DNA of 32,379 nt. It comes from an uncultured Planctomycetota bacterium. Its GTDB lineage: Bacteria > Planctomycetota > Phycisphaerae > SM23-33. The notes beneath the pieces are model-generated. The model was not told where the DNA came from. It did not search any database and saw nothing but the letters and a program-made list of their open reading frames with translations. The stretch covers positions 1 through 32,379 of the forward strand of contig CAITIS010000085.1 of assembly GCA_903892515.1 (NCBI GenBank), written 5' to 3'. Positions 24,068 to 32,379 of the stretch are shown one piece after another. Each line of letters opens with the position of its first letter. Within the stretch, counting starts at the first letter, position 1. Made by a program: the position numbers and the translations under genes.

Positions 24068-25348
24068 ATGAGTGCCGACATGCCTGCCAAGCCCGAATCG
24101 ATGCACGCCACGGATGTCCGCCTGCTGTTTGTAACGCGGGCGCTGCGGATGTTTGCGTACGGCTTCCTGTCCGTGCTGCTGGTGCTGTACCTGGCCCAAC
24201 TGGGGCTTCCCGACACCAGGATCGGCCTGCTGCTGACGCTCACGCTGGTGGGCGACATCGGCGTGTCACTCTGGCTGACGACTACGGCCGACCGGCTGGG
24301 GCGGCGAAAGACGCTGGTCATCGGCGCGGCGCTGATGCTGCTGGCCGGCGTGGTCTTCGCCCTGACGGGAAACTTCATCCTGCTGGTGATCTCGGCCACC
24401 ATCGGCGTCATCAGCCCCAGCGGCAACGACGTCGGGCCGTTCCTGTCGGTCGAGCAGGCCAGCCTGTCGCAGGTCATCCCCGACGAACGCCGCACGCATG
24501 TTTTCGGCTGGTATAACCTGGCGGGCTCGCTGGCGACGGCCGCCGGCGCCCTGGCCGGCGGATCCACCGTGCAACTGCTCAAGAACGCCGGCGTGCCGGA
24601 CGTGCCGGCGTATCGCGTGGTCATCTGGGCGTATGCCGCCACGGGCGCCGTGCTGGCGCTGCTGTTCGTCCGGCTGTCCAAGGCCGTGGAGATCGGCCAG
24701 ACGCCCGAGAGCACCCGCATCGCCGGCACGCGAGTATTCCTAGGCCTGCACAAGTCCAAGGGCGTGGTGGCCAGGCTCTCGGGCCTGTTCATGATCGACG
24801 CCTTCGCCGGCGGCTTCGTGATCCAGAGCATCATGGCCTACTGGTTCTACAAGAAGTTCGGGGTCCAACCGGCCACGCTGGGGACAATCTTCTTCGTGGC
24901 CAACATCCTGGCGGCGGTCTCCGCCCTGCTGGCGACGAAAGTGGCCGCCAAGATCGGCCTGATCAACACGATGGTCTTCACGCACCTGCCCTCCAACATA
25001 CTGCTCATCTTGGTGCCGCTGATGCCCAACCTGTCCCTGGCCATCACCATGCTGCTGCTGCGTTTCAGCATCAGCCAGATGGACGTGCCCACGAGGCAAT
25101 CGTACGTGATGGCGGTGGTCGAGCCCGATGAACGCTCCGCCGCCGCGGGCGTGACGGCCGTAGCCCGCAGCGTGGGCGCTGCCGTGTCGCCCAGCCTGGC
25201 CACAATGCTGCTGGCCTTTCCCATGCTGCTGGGGGCCCCCTTCATCATCGGCGGCGGCCTGAAGATTCTCTATGACCTGCTGCTGTACCGAAGTTTTTCC
25301 GCCACCAAGAAGAAAGCGGCAGAGGCGGATTCTGCGTCAACATCGTAG
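24068..25348 (+). CDS. Major facilitator superfamily (MFS) transporter
   Basis: Twelve hydrophobic segments in two halves, with a DRLGRRK loop motif (the MFS signature D-R-x-G-R-[RK] between TM2 and TM3). The start is ambiguous (ATG 24068 preferred; 24020 or 24080 possible). Confidence 0.8.
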   Translation: MSADMPAKPESMHATDVRLLFVTRALRMFAYGFLSVLLVLYLAQLGLPDTRIGLLLTLTLVGDIGVSLWLTTTADRLGRRKTLVIGAALMLLAGVVFALTGNFILLVISATIGVISPSGNDVGPFLSVEQASLSQVIPDERRTHVFGWYNLAGSLATAAGALAGGSTVQLLKNAGVPDVPAYRVVIWAYAATGAVLALLFVRLSKAVEIGQTPESTRIAGTRVFLGLHKSKGVVARLSGLFMIDAFAGGFVIQSIMAYWFYKKFGVQPATLGTIFFVANILAAVSALLATKVAAKIGLINTMVFTHLPSNILLILVPLMPNLSLAITMLLLRFSISQMDVPTRQSYVMAVVEPDERSAAAGVTAVARSVGAAVSPSLATMLLAFPMLLGAPFIIGGGLKILYDLLLYRSFSATKKKAAEADSASTS

Positions 25349-25519
25349 CACGTGAGCATGCACCTTTGCGTCGCCTGAGAGGACGGCCTATACTGTGACC
25401 CTGATGGGTCGGCATCGCGCCACGGCGGGCCCATTGGTCTCGTCGGTTAAGGCGTCCTTGTTCGTTGGTCTGGACGAGGCAGTTCTCGGTGTGCCTCGCA
25501 CTCATATAAGGAGAGTCTG

Positions 25520-28339
25520 ATGCAAGTCAAATGGTTGGTCGCACTTCTGATGGTTGGGTTGACGGTTTCTTTCGCCGCCGCCCAGGACAAGTCCAAGACG
25601 CTCGTGATCAATGATTTCGAGAACGACGCCGACGTGAAGGCCATTGATGTTAACGCTGCGGGCGTAAAGCTCGTGACGCAGGGCGTCACCCACGGCAGCA
25701 AGGCCCTGGAGATCACGCTCGACCCCAAGGCCGAGTCCTCGTACATCTCCATCAAGCAGCCGCCGGCCGACTGGTCGGCGTATGACGCCCTCATGCTGGA
25801 CGTGACCAATCTGACCGACGCGCCCCTGCCGGCCGGCGTGATGATCGGCGACAAGGCCTGGCAGGCAAAGACCACGTACTGGAACCGCCACAACGGTTCG
25901 GCCACGTTCGGTCCGGGCAAGACCACGTGGATCATCCCCGTCCATGGCATGTACCGCGGCGAAGGCGGCAGCCGGAACAACGACATCAAGCGCAACATCG
26001 ACCCCGACAGCATTACGACCCTGAACATCAGCTTCGGCGGCAAGGGTATTCAAGGCAAGGTGATCGTTGACAACATCCGCCTCGTCAAGGCCGACCGGCC
26101 AAAGGGCGTGTGGGCATTTGATTTTGGCCCGGAAAGCCAGGCCGTCATGCTGGGCTGGACGCCCGTGTCCAACAAGTCGGTGTACGACGCCAAGGAAGGC
26201 TTTGGCTTCAATTCCATCTTGCCGGCGTCCAGCGCACGGGACACGAATTTCGGTCCGGCCATGCTGCGCGACTGCATCGAATGCGGTGGCCAGCTCTTCC
26301 GCGTGAACGTGCCCGAAGGCAAGTACGCCGTCGCGGTCTTCTACGAGAACTCCGGCTACTGGGATGGCGAGCAGGCCATGCAGAGCGAGCGGAAGATCGA
26401 CGTGGACGGCAAGACCGTCTGGCAGGAAGAGCGGCCCGAGGGTTCGATGCACTACCTGACCCGCTTTGAGAACGTCGAACCCATCGGCGTGGATATCTGG
26501 GACACGTACATGGCCCAGGAACTGGCCAAGCCGGCCACGTTTGAAGCCACCGCGGGCAAGGAAGGCCTGGCCCTGAAGTTTGAGGCCGACAAGCCGCTGG
26601 GTTCGCGCGTGGCAGGCGTCGTGATCTACCGCACGGATGACAAGGAAGCGGCCGCCTGGATGAAGGCCCAGACCGAAGCCATGGCCACTGAATTCCGCGC
26701 CGCCGCCGTGGCGATGGACAAACCCGCCAAGGCCTTTTCGGCCCCCGAGGAATGGCAGAAGCTCGGCCTGGTTGCCTGGCCGGTAGGGCTCGAAGCCACC
26801 ATCAAGCCCACATCCGTGCCGCAGGACAAGCTTTTGGCCCCGTCGGCTTTGCAGATGTCCCGCCTGGTCGTGCTGAACGAGTATGAACCCTTCTGCCTGG
26901 CCATCCGCCCGCTGAAGGATCTGGGCGCGTGCAGCCTGCGGGTCGAAGGCAGCGCCGAGGGCATCGACGCCCGCACGCAGGTCGTCTGGTACAACACGCG
27001 TCGCACGTTCGGCTCGATCGCCTACACCGTCGAGCCGCACACGCTCCGTGACCAGGCCACCGTGAACCTGCCCAAGGACGTGACGCGCGAGGTCGTGGTG
27101 ACCTGCCACATCACCGACAAGGCCAAGGCCGGCGATGCCAAGCTGACGCTGGTGGTGGAAGACGCGGCCAAGAAGGTCCTGCTGCGCGTGCCGGTCACGC
27201 TGAACGTGCACAATGTCAAGCTCGACCGCAAGAGCGACTACCAGATGGGATTCTTCGGCATCATGCCTCCTCCCGCGATTCCGGCAGCGCGGAGCACGGC
27301 GGTGCTGGAGCAGACGCTCGATATGCTCTCTGAGCACGGGATGAACTACCTGTCCGGCGGCCCGAGCTTCGCGCTGACAGGCTGGAAGGACGGCCAGCCG
27401 ATCATCGACTTCTCGGCGACGGATGCATTCATCGCCGTGGCCATCAAGCACGGCTTCACCGGCCCGATCAGCGGCTACGGCGGGCCGGGCCTAGCCGGTT
27501 CCAGCGACGGCGACGTCATCGGCGAGACGGGCAAGAAGGTCGCCGCCGAATCCGGCCTGCCCTACGAAGAGGCCCTGACGAAGGCGTGGAAGGCCGTCGA
27601 TGAGCATGCCCGCAAGGCCAACTGGCCGCTCATTCAGGCCAAGCTGTGCGACGAGCCGCGCGTGGCCGAGGACGCCAAGCTGCAAGTCGAGTACATGACC
27701 ATCATGGCCAAGATAACCAAGCAGTTCCCCAAGACGGTCCGCACCATCGGCTATTACAGTGCGACCTTCGACAAGCGGCCGCAAGACCAGAAGGACATGC
27801 AGTACTGGGAGCAGCGGATCTTTGAGGCCCTGGACATCAGCGCCCTGAACAGCCACGACCAGTCTACCATGGACGAGGCCGCCAAGCTGGGCAAGGAAGT
27901 CCAGCTGTACAACCAGGGCAAGGACCGCTATTCCTGGGGCCTGTATCAGTGGAACGAGTACCGCAAGGGCGTCAAGGGCCGGCTTGAATGGCACATGAGC
28001 GTGCTGAGCGGGTATCAGTTCTTCGACCTCGACGGGCGCGAGCCAGACTTCGCGGCCGTGTGCTACGGCAAGGACAAGGTCTACCCGACCGTCATGTTCG
28101 AGAACGCCCGCGAAGGAGCCGAGGACTTCTACCTCTGCCAGACGCTGTCTAACCTGATTGCGAAGGGATCTGCCAGCGAGGCAGCCAAAGCCAAGGCCAA
28201 GGCCAAGGCCGTGCTGGATGGCTTGGGCAACGGATTCAAAGTCGGCGACCGCAAGCCGCCCGCTGGCCTCGACTTCAACAAGGTCAAGGCGCAGCTGGTC
28301 GAAGCGATCGAGTCTCTGAACGCCCCGACCAAGCAGTAA
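25520..28339 (+). CDS. Large secreted protein of unknown function (939 aa) with signal peptide
   Basis: Strong RBS (TAAGGAGAG, 7 nt). The N-terminus MQVKWLVALLMVGLTVSFAAAQDKSK is a Sec signal with an AAA-QD cleavage motif. Lys/Asp/Glu-rich, with a short (AK)n run near the C-terminus. Family not recognised. Confidence 0.75.
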   Translation: MQVKWLVALLMVGLTVSFAAAQDKSKTLVINDFENDADVKAIDVNAAGVKLVTQGVTHGSKALEITLDPKAESSYISIKQPPADWSAYDALMLDVTNLTDAPLPAGVMIGDKAWQAKTTYWNRHNGSATFGPGKTTWIIPVHGMYRGEGGSRNNDIKRNIDPDSITTLNISFGGKGIQGKVIVDNIRLVKADRPKGVWAFDFGPESQAVMLGWTPVSNKSVYDAKEGFGFNSILPASSARDTNFGPAMLRDCIECGGQLFRVNVPEGKYAVAVFYENSGYWDGEQAMQSERKIDVDGKTVWQEERPEGSMHYLTRFENVEPIGVDIWDTYMAQELAKPATFEATAGKEGLALKFEADKPLGSRVAGVVIYRTDDKEAAAWMKAQTEAMATEFRAAAVAMDKPAKAFSAPEEWQKLGLVAWPVGLEATIKPTSVPQDKLLAPSALQMSRLVVLNEYEPFCLAIRPLKDLGACSLRVEGSAEGIDARTQVVWYNTRRTFGSIAYTVEPHTLRDQATVNLPKDVTREVVVTCHITDKAKAGDAKLTLVVEDAAKKVLLRVPVTLNVHNVKLDRKSDYQMGFFGIMPPPAIPAARSTAVLEQTLDMLSEHGMNYLSGGPSFALTGWKDGQPIIDFSATDAFIAVAIKHGFTGPISGYGGPGLAGSSDGDVIGETGKKVAAESGLPYEEALTKAWKAVDEHARKANWPLIQAKLCDEPRVAEDAKLQVEYMTIMAKITKQFPKTVRTIGYYSATFDKRPQDQKDMQYWEQRIFEALDISALNSHDQSTMDEAAKLGKEVQLYNQGKDRYSWGLYQWNEYRKGVKGRLEWHMSVLSGYQFFDLDGREPDFAAVCYGKDKVYPTVMFENAREGAEDFYLCQTLSNLIAKGSASEAAKAKAKAKAVLDGLGNGFKVGDRKPPAGLDFNKVKAQLVEAIESLNAPTKQ

Positions 28340-28439
28340 GGCCAATGACGGGACGCTCACGCAGCAACCGCGTGACGGCGGTTCCCACGAGAAGTTTCAT
28401 GTAGATGAAGTGAACGCATTTGAAGCGGCTTTAATTGAA

Positions 28440-28476
28440 GCGCGGCTGGTCTCCGGACCGGCCGCGCTTTCTTTTG
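28440..28476 (+). terminator. Rho-independent terminator downstream of the 939-aa secreted protein gene
   Basis: GCGCGGCTGGTC-TCCG-GACCGGCCGCGC: a 12-bp GC-rich stem with 1 mismatch and a 4-nt loop, followed by TTTCTTTTG. Confidence 0.65.
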
Positions 28477-28607
28477 CGCAACCGCGCAGGCAAAGAATGC
28501 AGTTGAACGTCTCGCCGGGCCACCCATTTTGGCTACAATGTTCACTTGATGAGCGCTGCCGGTGTGCCGGCGCGAGCCACCAGACTTTGTAGGACCAGGA
28601 TCAGCCA

Positions 28608-29714
28608 ATGATTTTCAAACCGATGGGCAATTCGGGCGTGCAGGTTTCAGTCGTGAGTTTCGGCTCGATGCGCTGGCCGTCGGAGCAGGCGTGCGCGGAG
28701 ATCATGCGTTCTGGCCTCGATGCGGGCATGAACTACGTCGATACCTCTACCGGCTACGTCGGCGGCCTGAGCGAGAAGTGGACCGGCCAGGCCATCGCCA
28801 AACGCCGCGGCGAGATTTACGTCTCCAGCAAGACCGCCTTTGGCCAGGCGCCCAAGGCCGATGAAATCCGCCCCGCCATCGAAAAGTCGCTCAAGACGAT
28901 GGGCCTGGACTACTTTGACTTCTACCAACTCTGGGGCTTGCAGACCGCCGAGGTGCTCAAGCAAGCGATGGCCAAGGGCGGCTTCTTCGAAGGCATCGCC
29001 AAGGCTCGCAAGGACGGCCTGATTCGCTACGGCCTGGGCTTCACCTTCCACGGCCCGGCCGAGACCTTTCGCGCCGCTATCGACACCGGCGAATTCTGCG
29101 CCGCCACCGTTTCCTACAACCTGATGAACCGCGCCGAGGAAGAAAACATCGCCTATGCCGCCAGCAAAGGCGTCGGCATCGTGGTGATGAACCCACTGGC
29201 CGGTGGCGTGCTGGGCCTGGCGGGCGACGAAAGCCTGGCGTTCCTGCGCGGACCGACCGGCCGTCCGAGCTTCGGAGCGCTGCGCTTCCTGCTGGCCAAC
29301 CCCGGCATCACGACTTCGATTGTCGGGTTCCGGGCCGTCGAGGAAGTGAGCGAGTCGGTCGCGGCGATGGACGGTTTTGAAAACTTGAATGCAAAGCTCC
29401 GCAGCGAGCAGGTGCGGATGATGGATGCGGTGCAACTTCCGCAGGGCCAGTTCTGCACCTCCTGCCAGTACTGCAAGGACTGCCCATCGGGCGTGAACAT
29501 CTCCAAGATCATGGGGGCGATGCGCGACTTCGTCCGCTACGGCGTGGCCCCGGACCGCTTGGCGGATTGGATCTGGTCCAAGTACGCCCACGAGGACCCC
29601 ATCGCCGAGATGGCCAAATGCACCGCCTGCCGGAAGTGCGAACAGACATGCCCGCAGCATCTGCAGATCACCGATGCCATCGAGCGGATCAAGGCCGTGC
29701 TGACCGGCAAGTAA
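28608..29714 (+). CDS. Aldo/keto reductase fused to a C-terminal 2x[4Fe-4S] ferredoxin-type domain
   Basis: The N-terminal ~300 aa follow the AKR pattern (GxxVSxxxFGSMR..., ...LGLDYFDFYQLWG...). The C-terminus has two CxxCxxCxxxCP motifs (CTSCQYCKDCP and CTACRKCEQTCP). Confidence 0.8.
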   Translation: MIFKPMGNSGVQVSVVSFGSMRWPSEQACAEIMRSGLDAGMNYVDTSTGYVGGLSEKWTGQAIAKRRGEIYVSSKTAFGQAPKADEIRPAIEKSLKTMGLDYFDFYQLWGLQTAEVLKQAMAKGGFFEGIAKARKDGLIRYGLGFTFHGPAETFRAAIDTGEFCAATVSYNLMNRAEEENIAYAASKGVGIVVMNPLAGGVLGLAGDESLAFLRGPTGRPSFGALRFLLANPGITTSIVGFRAVEEVSESVAAMDGFENLNAKLRSEQVRMMDAVQLPQGQFCTSCQYCKDCPSGVNISKIMGAMRDFVRYGVAPDRLADWIWSKYAHEDPIAEMAKCTACRKCEQTCPQHLQITDAIERIKAVLTGK

Positions 29715-29831
29715 GAGCAACGGCGTGTAGCCGCCGAGAACGCGAAGGCCGCCGAGGCGGACCTGCGACACTCGATGTCGCGCATATGACCAGTGCGCCG
29801 CACGCAGACGACCTCGCAAGGCCCTGCAGCG

Positions 29832-31829
29832 TTACTTGGTCTCCTCGATCGCCTTGGGCTTCTGGCCCGTCGTGTCGAAGTGCTTTATCAGCGTAGCAGC
29901 CAGCCCTTCGAGGCTTCCGCCCCCGCCGCCGGCCACCAGCACGTCGGGCATGAACTTCGCCTTGCCTTCCGACAGCACCGTGGCGGTGTTGACGATGGCC
30001 GTGGGGATTTGTCCCAGCGCCCTGACCTGTGCCTCGTACGCCTTGGCGCGGGCCATGCCCACCGCCTCGACCTGCGCGCCCTGCGCCTTGCCGGTCTTCT
30101 CGATATACGCCGCCTCGCCTGCGCCTTCAGCCTCTCTGGCTTTGGCGTTGTTGCTCTTGATATCGATGCCGACCTGCGACTTGGCCAGTTCGGCCTGCAT
30201 GTCCGCGGTGCCCTTGGATTTCTCCGTCTGCACGCGCTGCTCCTGGGCCTCCTGCTGCATCTTGTACGTCAGCTTCTCCTGGTTGGCGATTTCCCTGGCC
30301 GTCAGCACATTCACCAGCGTATCGGGCAGCACCACGTCCTGGATGTACACGCCCTTGGTCTCGATCTTGTAGTCCTTGAGCTTGCCGGCGATGTGATTGA
30401 ACGCCTCTTCCTGCACTTCCTGGCGGGTCTCGATGAACCGGATGGCCGGCATGGCTTGGATCCGGTCACGGAAATGGTTTCCGACCGCCGCTTGCAGCAC
30501 CTCGCTGACCAGATTGCTCATCGAGCCAACGATCGAGATGACCTTGGGCGCCTGCGTGTCGGCCACGTGGATCTGCACCTGCAGGTCGATGACGAAGACG
30601 AAGCCTTCGCGGCTCTTGGCCGTGATGGAACTGAGGTGCTGGTCCAGCTTGTGCGCCTCGGAGACTTCCTCGGCCCAGTTGAGCGTCAGGATCCACGTCG
30701 GCACGATCTCGGCCCGGTAGCAGTGCGGATTGATGGGGTACTTGCCTGTCCGCAGCGGCTCTTCCCAGATGCCGCGGTGCCCGGGCTTGACCAGCGTGCC
30801 GAACTTAAACTCATCGCCCGAGGTGTCCTCCGACACCAGCCCGACGTATGACTTTATCACCGCCACCTGCCCCTGCTCGATAACCAGCATGGGCACGATC
30901 TCGACTGAAACCAGGAACGGGTTCAAGGCGTAGGCGCCGTACAAGAGCGGGTCGTGCTGGAGCCCGATCGTACCGCCGTTGTCCAGGAACCGCTGGAAAT
31001 CCTGGTAGTTGTTGTGCAGGTTGTTCTTGCTGCCCAGCACCACCTCAATGAGCTGCGCGTTGTCCGAACCGGCCTGTTCCATCTTCGCGATATCGTCGAA
31101 GCCACCCAGCCGCCCGGCGATGCTGCCAGATGGCAGCGGCGGGCCCTCGTACGTCGTGACGATTCCGATGGTGTCGCAGGTGCCGGCCGCGCTGGACGCA
31201 GCGGGCTCGATCCTGACAATGTTCATTCGCTCCGACGCCAGTCCGAACGATGCCGGCGTGAGCATGCCCTGGCTGTCGCGCATCCGCAAAAGCTCCGGTG
31301 ACAGCGGCTCGCCGTACGTCGCGTTTCGCGTGATGACCAGGAAGCCGGCCGGATGGATGGGCAGCAGCGTGCCCGGAGGCAGCACAGGCCGCTGAACGCC
31401 CTTCTGCCCGCCGGCTTCGACGAATTGCCGCAGGTTGGCAAAATCGCCGAACTCGCTCTTGTACACGGCCGATTTCGCGCCGATAGGCAAGGGCTGGCCA
31501 ACCTGGGCGATGACCACGCCGATCTGCCCGGCCGGGATCTGCACCCACGGAAATTTCTTGACGCTATAGACCAGCCAGAACTTCCACCGCCACCCGGGCA
31601 TGAGCAGATCGGCCTGATAGCCGGCCTCGCCGTTGAAGGCGATGGGGTTTTCCTCGGTGAGTTTCTTGAACGAGAACCGCTTCATCACCAGCCCCACGCC
31701 GGTCGGCCCGATGATGCGTATGGATGGGACGATCAGGATAAAAGCCAGTATCCCAACCACAGTGCCCCAACCGAATGTGCTGGTGCTGGCTTCCAATGTC
31801 ACGGCCAGAATGGATAACGTGGCAAGCAT
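29832..31829 (-). CDS. Flotillin / SPFH (band-7) domain membrane protein
   Basis: 665 aa. N-terminal TM helix, an SPFH domain, then a long Ala/Glu/Lys/Gln-rich coiled-coil region (QEAQEQRVQTEKSK...AKAREAEGAGEAAY) typical of flotillins. GGGAG RBS 7 nt upstream of the ATG on the minus strand. Confidence 0.85.
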   Translation of the reverse strand: MLATLSILAVTLEASTSTFGWGTVVGILAFILIVPSIRIIGPTGVGLVMKRFSFKKLTEENPIAFNGEAGYQADLLMPGWRWKFWLVYSVKKFPWVQIPAGQIGVVIAQVGQPLPIGAKSAVYKSEFGDFANLRQFVEAGGQKGVQRPVLPPGTLLPIHPAGFLVITRNATYGEPLSPELLRMRDSQGMLTPASFGLASERMNIVRIEPAASSAAGTCDTIGIVTTYEGPPLPSGSIAGRLGGFDDIAKMEQAGSDNAQLIEVVLGSKNNLHNNYQDFQRFLDNGGTIGLQHDPLLYGAYALNPFLVSVEIVPMLVIEQGQVAVIKSYVGLVSEDTSGDEFKFGTLVKPGHRGIWEEPLRTGKYPINPHCYRAEIVPTWILTLNWAEEVSEAHKLDQHLSSITAKSREGFVFVIDLQVQIHVADTQAPKVISIVGSMSNLVSEVLQAAVGNHFRDRIQAMPAIRFIETRQEVQEEAFNHIAGKLKDYKIETKGVYIQDVVLPDTLVNVLTAREIANQEKLTYKMQQEAQEQRVQTEKSKGTADMQAELAKSQVGIDIKSNNAKAREAEGAGEAAYIEKTGKAQGAQVEAVGMARAKAYEAQVRALGQIPTAIVNTATVLSEGKAKFMPDVLVAGGGGGSLEGLAATLIKHFDTTGQKPKAIEETK

Positions 31830-32114
31830 ATGTTACTCCCTTGTATGCCGCTGCTATGAACCCCGCCCAAGCAAGAGGCGGCCAATTCGGTCGACGTGGA
31901 CCCACGAATTGAGCCGGAATTTCCCATCCAGCCTCGGCCCACGACCACCGCGAACGCATGCCCCGCCATTCTCGCTCGTTTTCCACAGCCTGCAAACCTT
32001 TTCCGGCCATGCCGGGAATCCCATTCGCGCGTTTGGACAAGACGCCCTTGTCATGAGTGACCTTTGTTTCTGGCGAGAGGAAGGTGGCTCACGCCTGAGC
32101 CTCGGACATCGCAA

Positions 32115-32240
32115 GAGCTTTGATTTGAAGTGGGATTTGATCTGAAGAAGTAGGCTTTGATCTAAAGAAGAAGGCTTTGATCTAAAGAAGAAGGCTTGAT
32201 GTAAAGAAGAAGGCTTGATCTGGGGAAGATGGCTTTGATT
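32115..32240. repeat. Tandem repeat array, 20-bp unit (consensus GCTTTGATCTAAAGAAGAAG), ~6.5 copies
   Basis: Read from the sequence: units of 17/20/20/20/19/19/11 nt. Copies 3 and 4 are identical and the others are degenerate. AT-rich relative to the genome. Lies upstream (minus-strand sense) of the flotillin gene, near the window edge. Confidence 0.8.
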
Positions 32241-32379
32241 TGTTCGGCCCCAGCGGGGCCGAGGAATGTAGCCACGGGTGGAGCGGCAGGCGGCAGCAGC
32301 CGCCGGACGCGGAACCCGTGGAACGAGGCTCTCTTGCGTACGCCCCGGAGGGGCGAAGGAGCCTCACGGTCTGGTCGAA

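Noticed and set aside
25380-25519. Possible tRNA or small RNA in the MFS/secreted-protein intergenic region
   Set aside because: There is no cloverleaf-compatible pairing and no GTTCGAATC-like T-loop. It is more likely a promoter/5'-UTR for the highly expressed secreted-protein gene.
25502-27451. 649-aa minus-strand ORF antisense to the 939-aa secreted protein gene
   Set aside because: The sense-strand gene has a signal peptide, RBS and terminator. The antisense frame is Arg/Gly/Ala-rich low-complexity, typical of spurious GC-rich ORFs.
28500-28545. Sigma-70-like promoter (TTGAAC ... TACAAT) upstream of the AKR gene
   Set aside because: The spacing between the candidate -35 and -10 hexamers is ~25 bp, too long for a canonical promoter. 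It is kept only as a loose possibility.

Overview
High-GC (~62-64%) bacterial chromosomal window, gene-dense; the gene content suggests a Planctomycetes/Verrucomicrobia/Acidobacteria-like organism, but this is a guess. Contents from 5' to 3': (1) The 3' end of an RND efflux permease gene. A second, truncated copy of the same ~205-bp coding segment lies 3 kb downstream and differs only at synonymous sites. The two copies flank a gene for a secreted protein of unknown function, and the second copy abuts a 5'-truncated BNR/Asp-box (sialidase-like) gene fragment, which looks like a rearrangement scar. (2) A K+-channel-like membrane protein on the minus strand and an SDR oxidoreductase. (3) A compact [NiFe]-hydrogenase locus: hypC, hypD, then small and large structural subunits. 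The large subunit carries the L1/L2 signatures TSRICGICGDNH and SFDPCLPCGVH, which I recall as diagnostic of group 1h (formerly group 5) high-affinity hydrogenases. The small subunit has no Tat signal. These are followed by a NifU-domain protein, a 105-aa conserved hypothetical, the maturation endopeptidase, and a translationally coupled 44-aa hydrophobic ORF. (4) A convergent GH42-like/DUF4832-type glycoside hydrolase. (5) A DeoR-family regulator divergent from a long plus-strand array: two URO-D-like (uroporphyrinogen-decarboxylase/MtaA-fold) paralogs, a GH1 beta-glycosidase, a glucuronate-isomerase (UxaC)-like protein, a DhnA-type class I aldolase, a PfkB kinase, a 662-aa hypothetical and an MFS transporter. 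I read this as a candidate uncharacterised glycoside/sugar-acid catabolic pathway. (6) A 939-aa secreted protein of unknown function, an aldo/keto reductase fused to a 2x[4Fe-4S] ferredoxin-type C-terminus, and a convergent flotillin/SPFH protein. Non-coding structure: a family of small hairpins (GGGCG-GTCTC/GAGAC-CGCCC) present as inverted pairs in two intergenic regions; a 135-bp MITE-like element with 20-bp terminal inverted repeats between the URO-D paralogs; a 20-bp x ~6.5 tandem repeat array at the 3' edge; and one clear rho-independent terminator. No rRNA, tRNA, CRISPR array or transposase gene was recognised.
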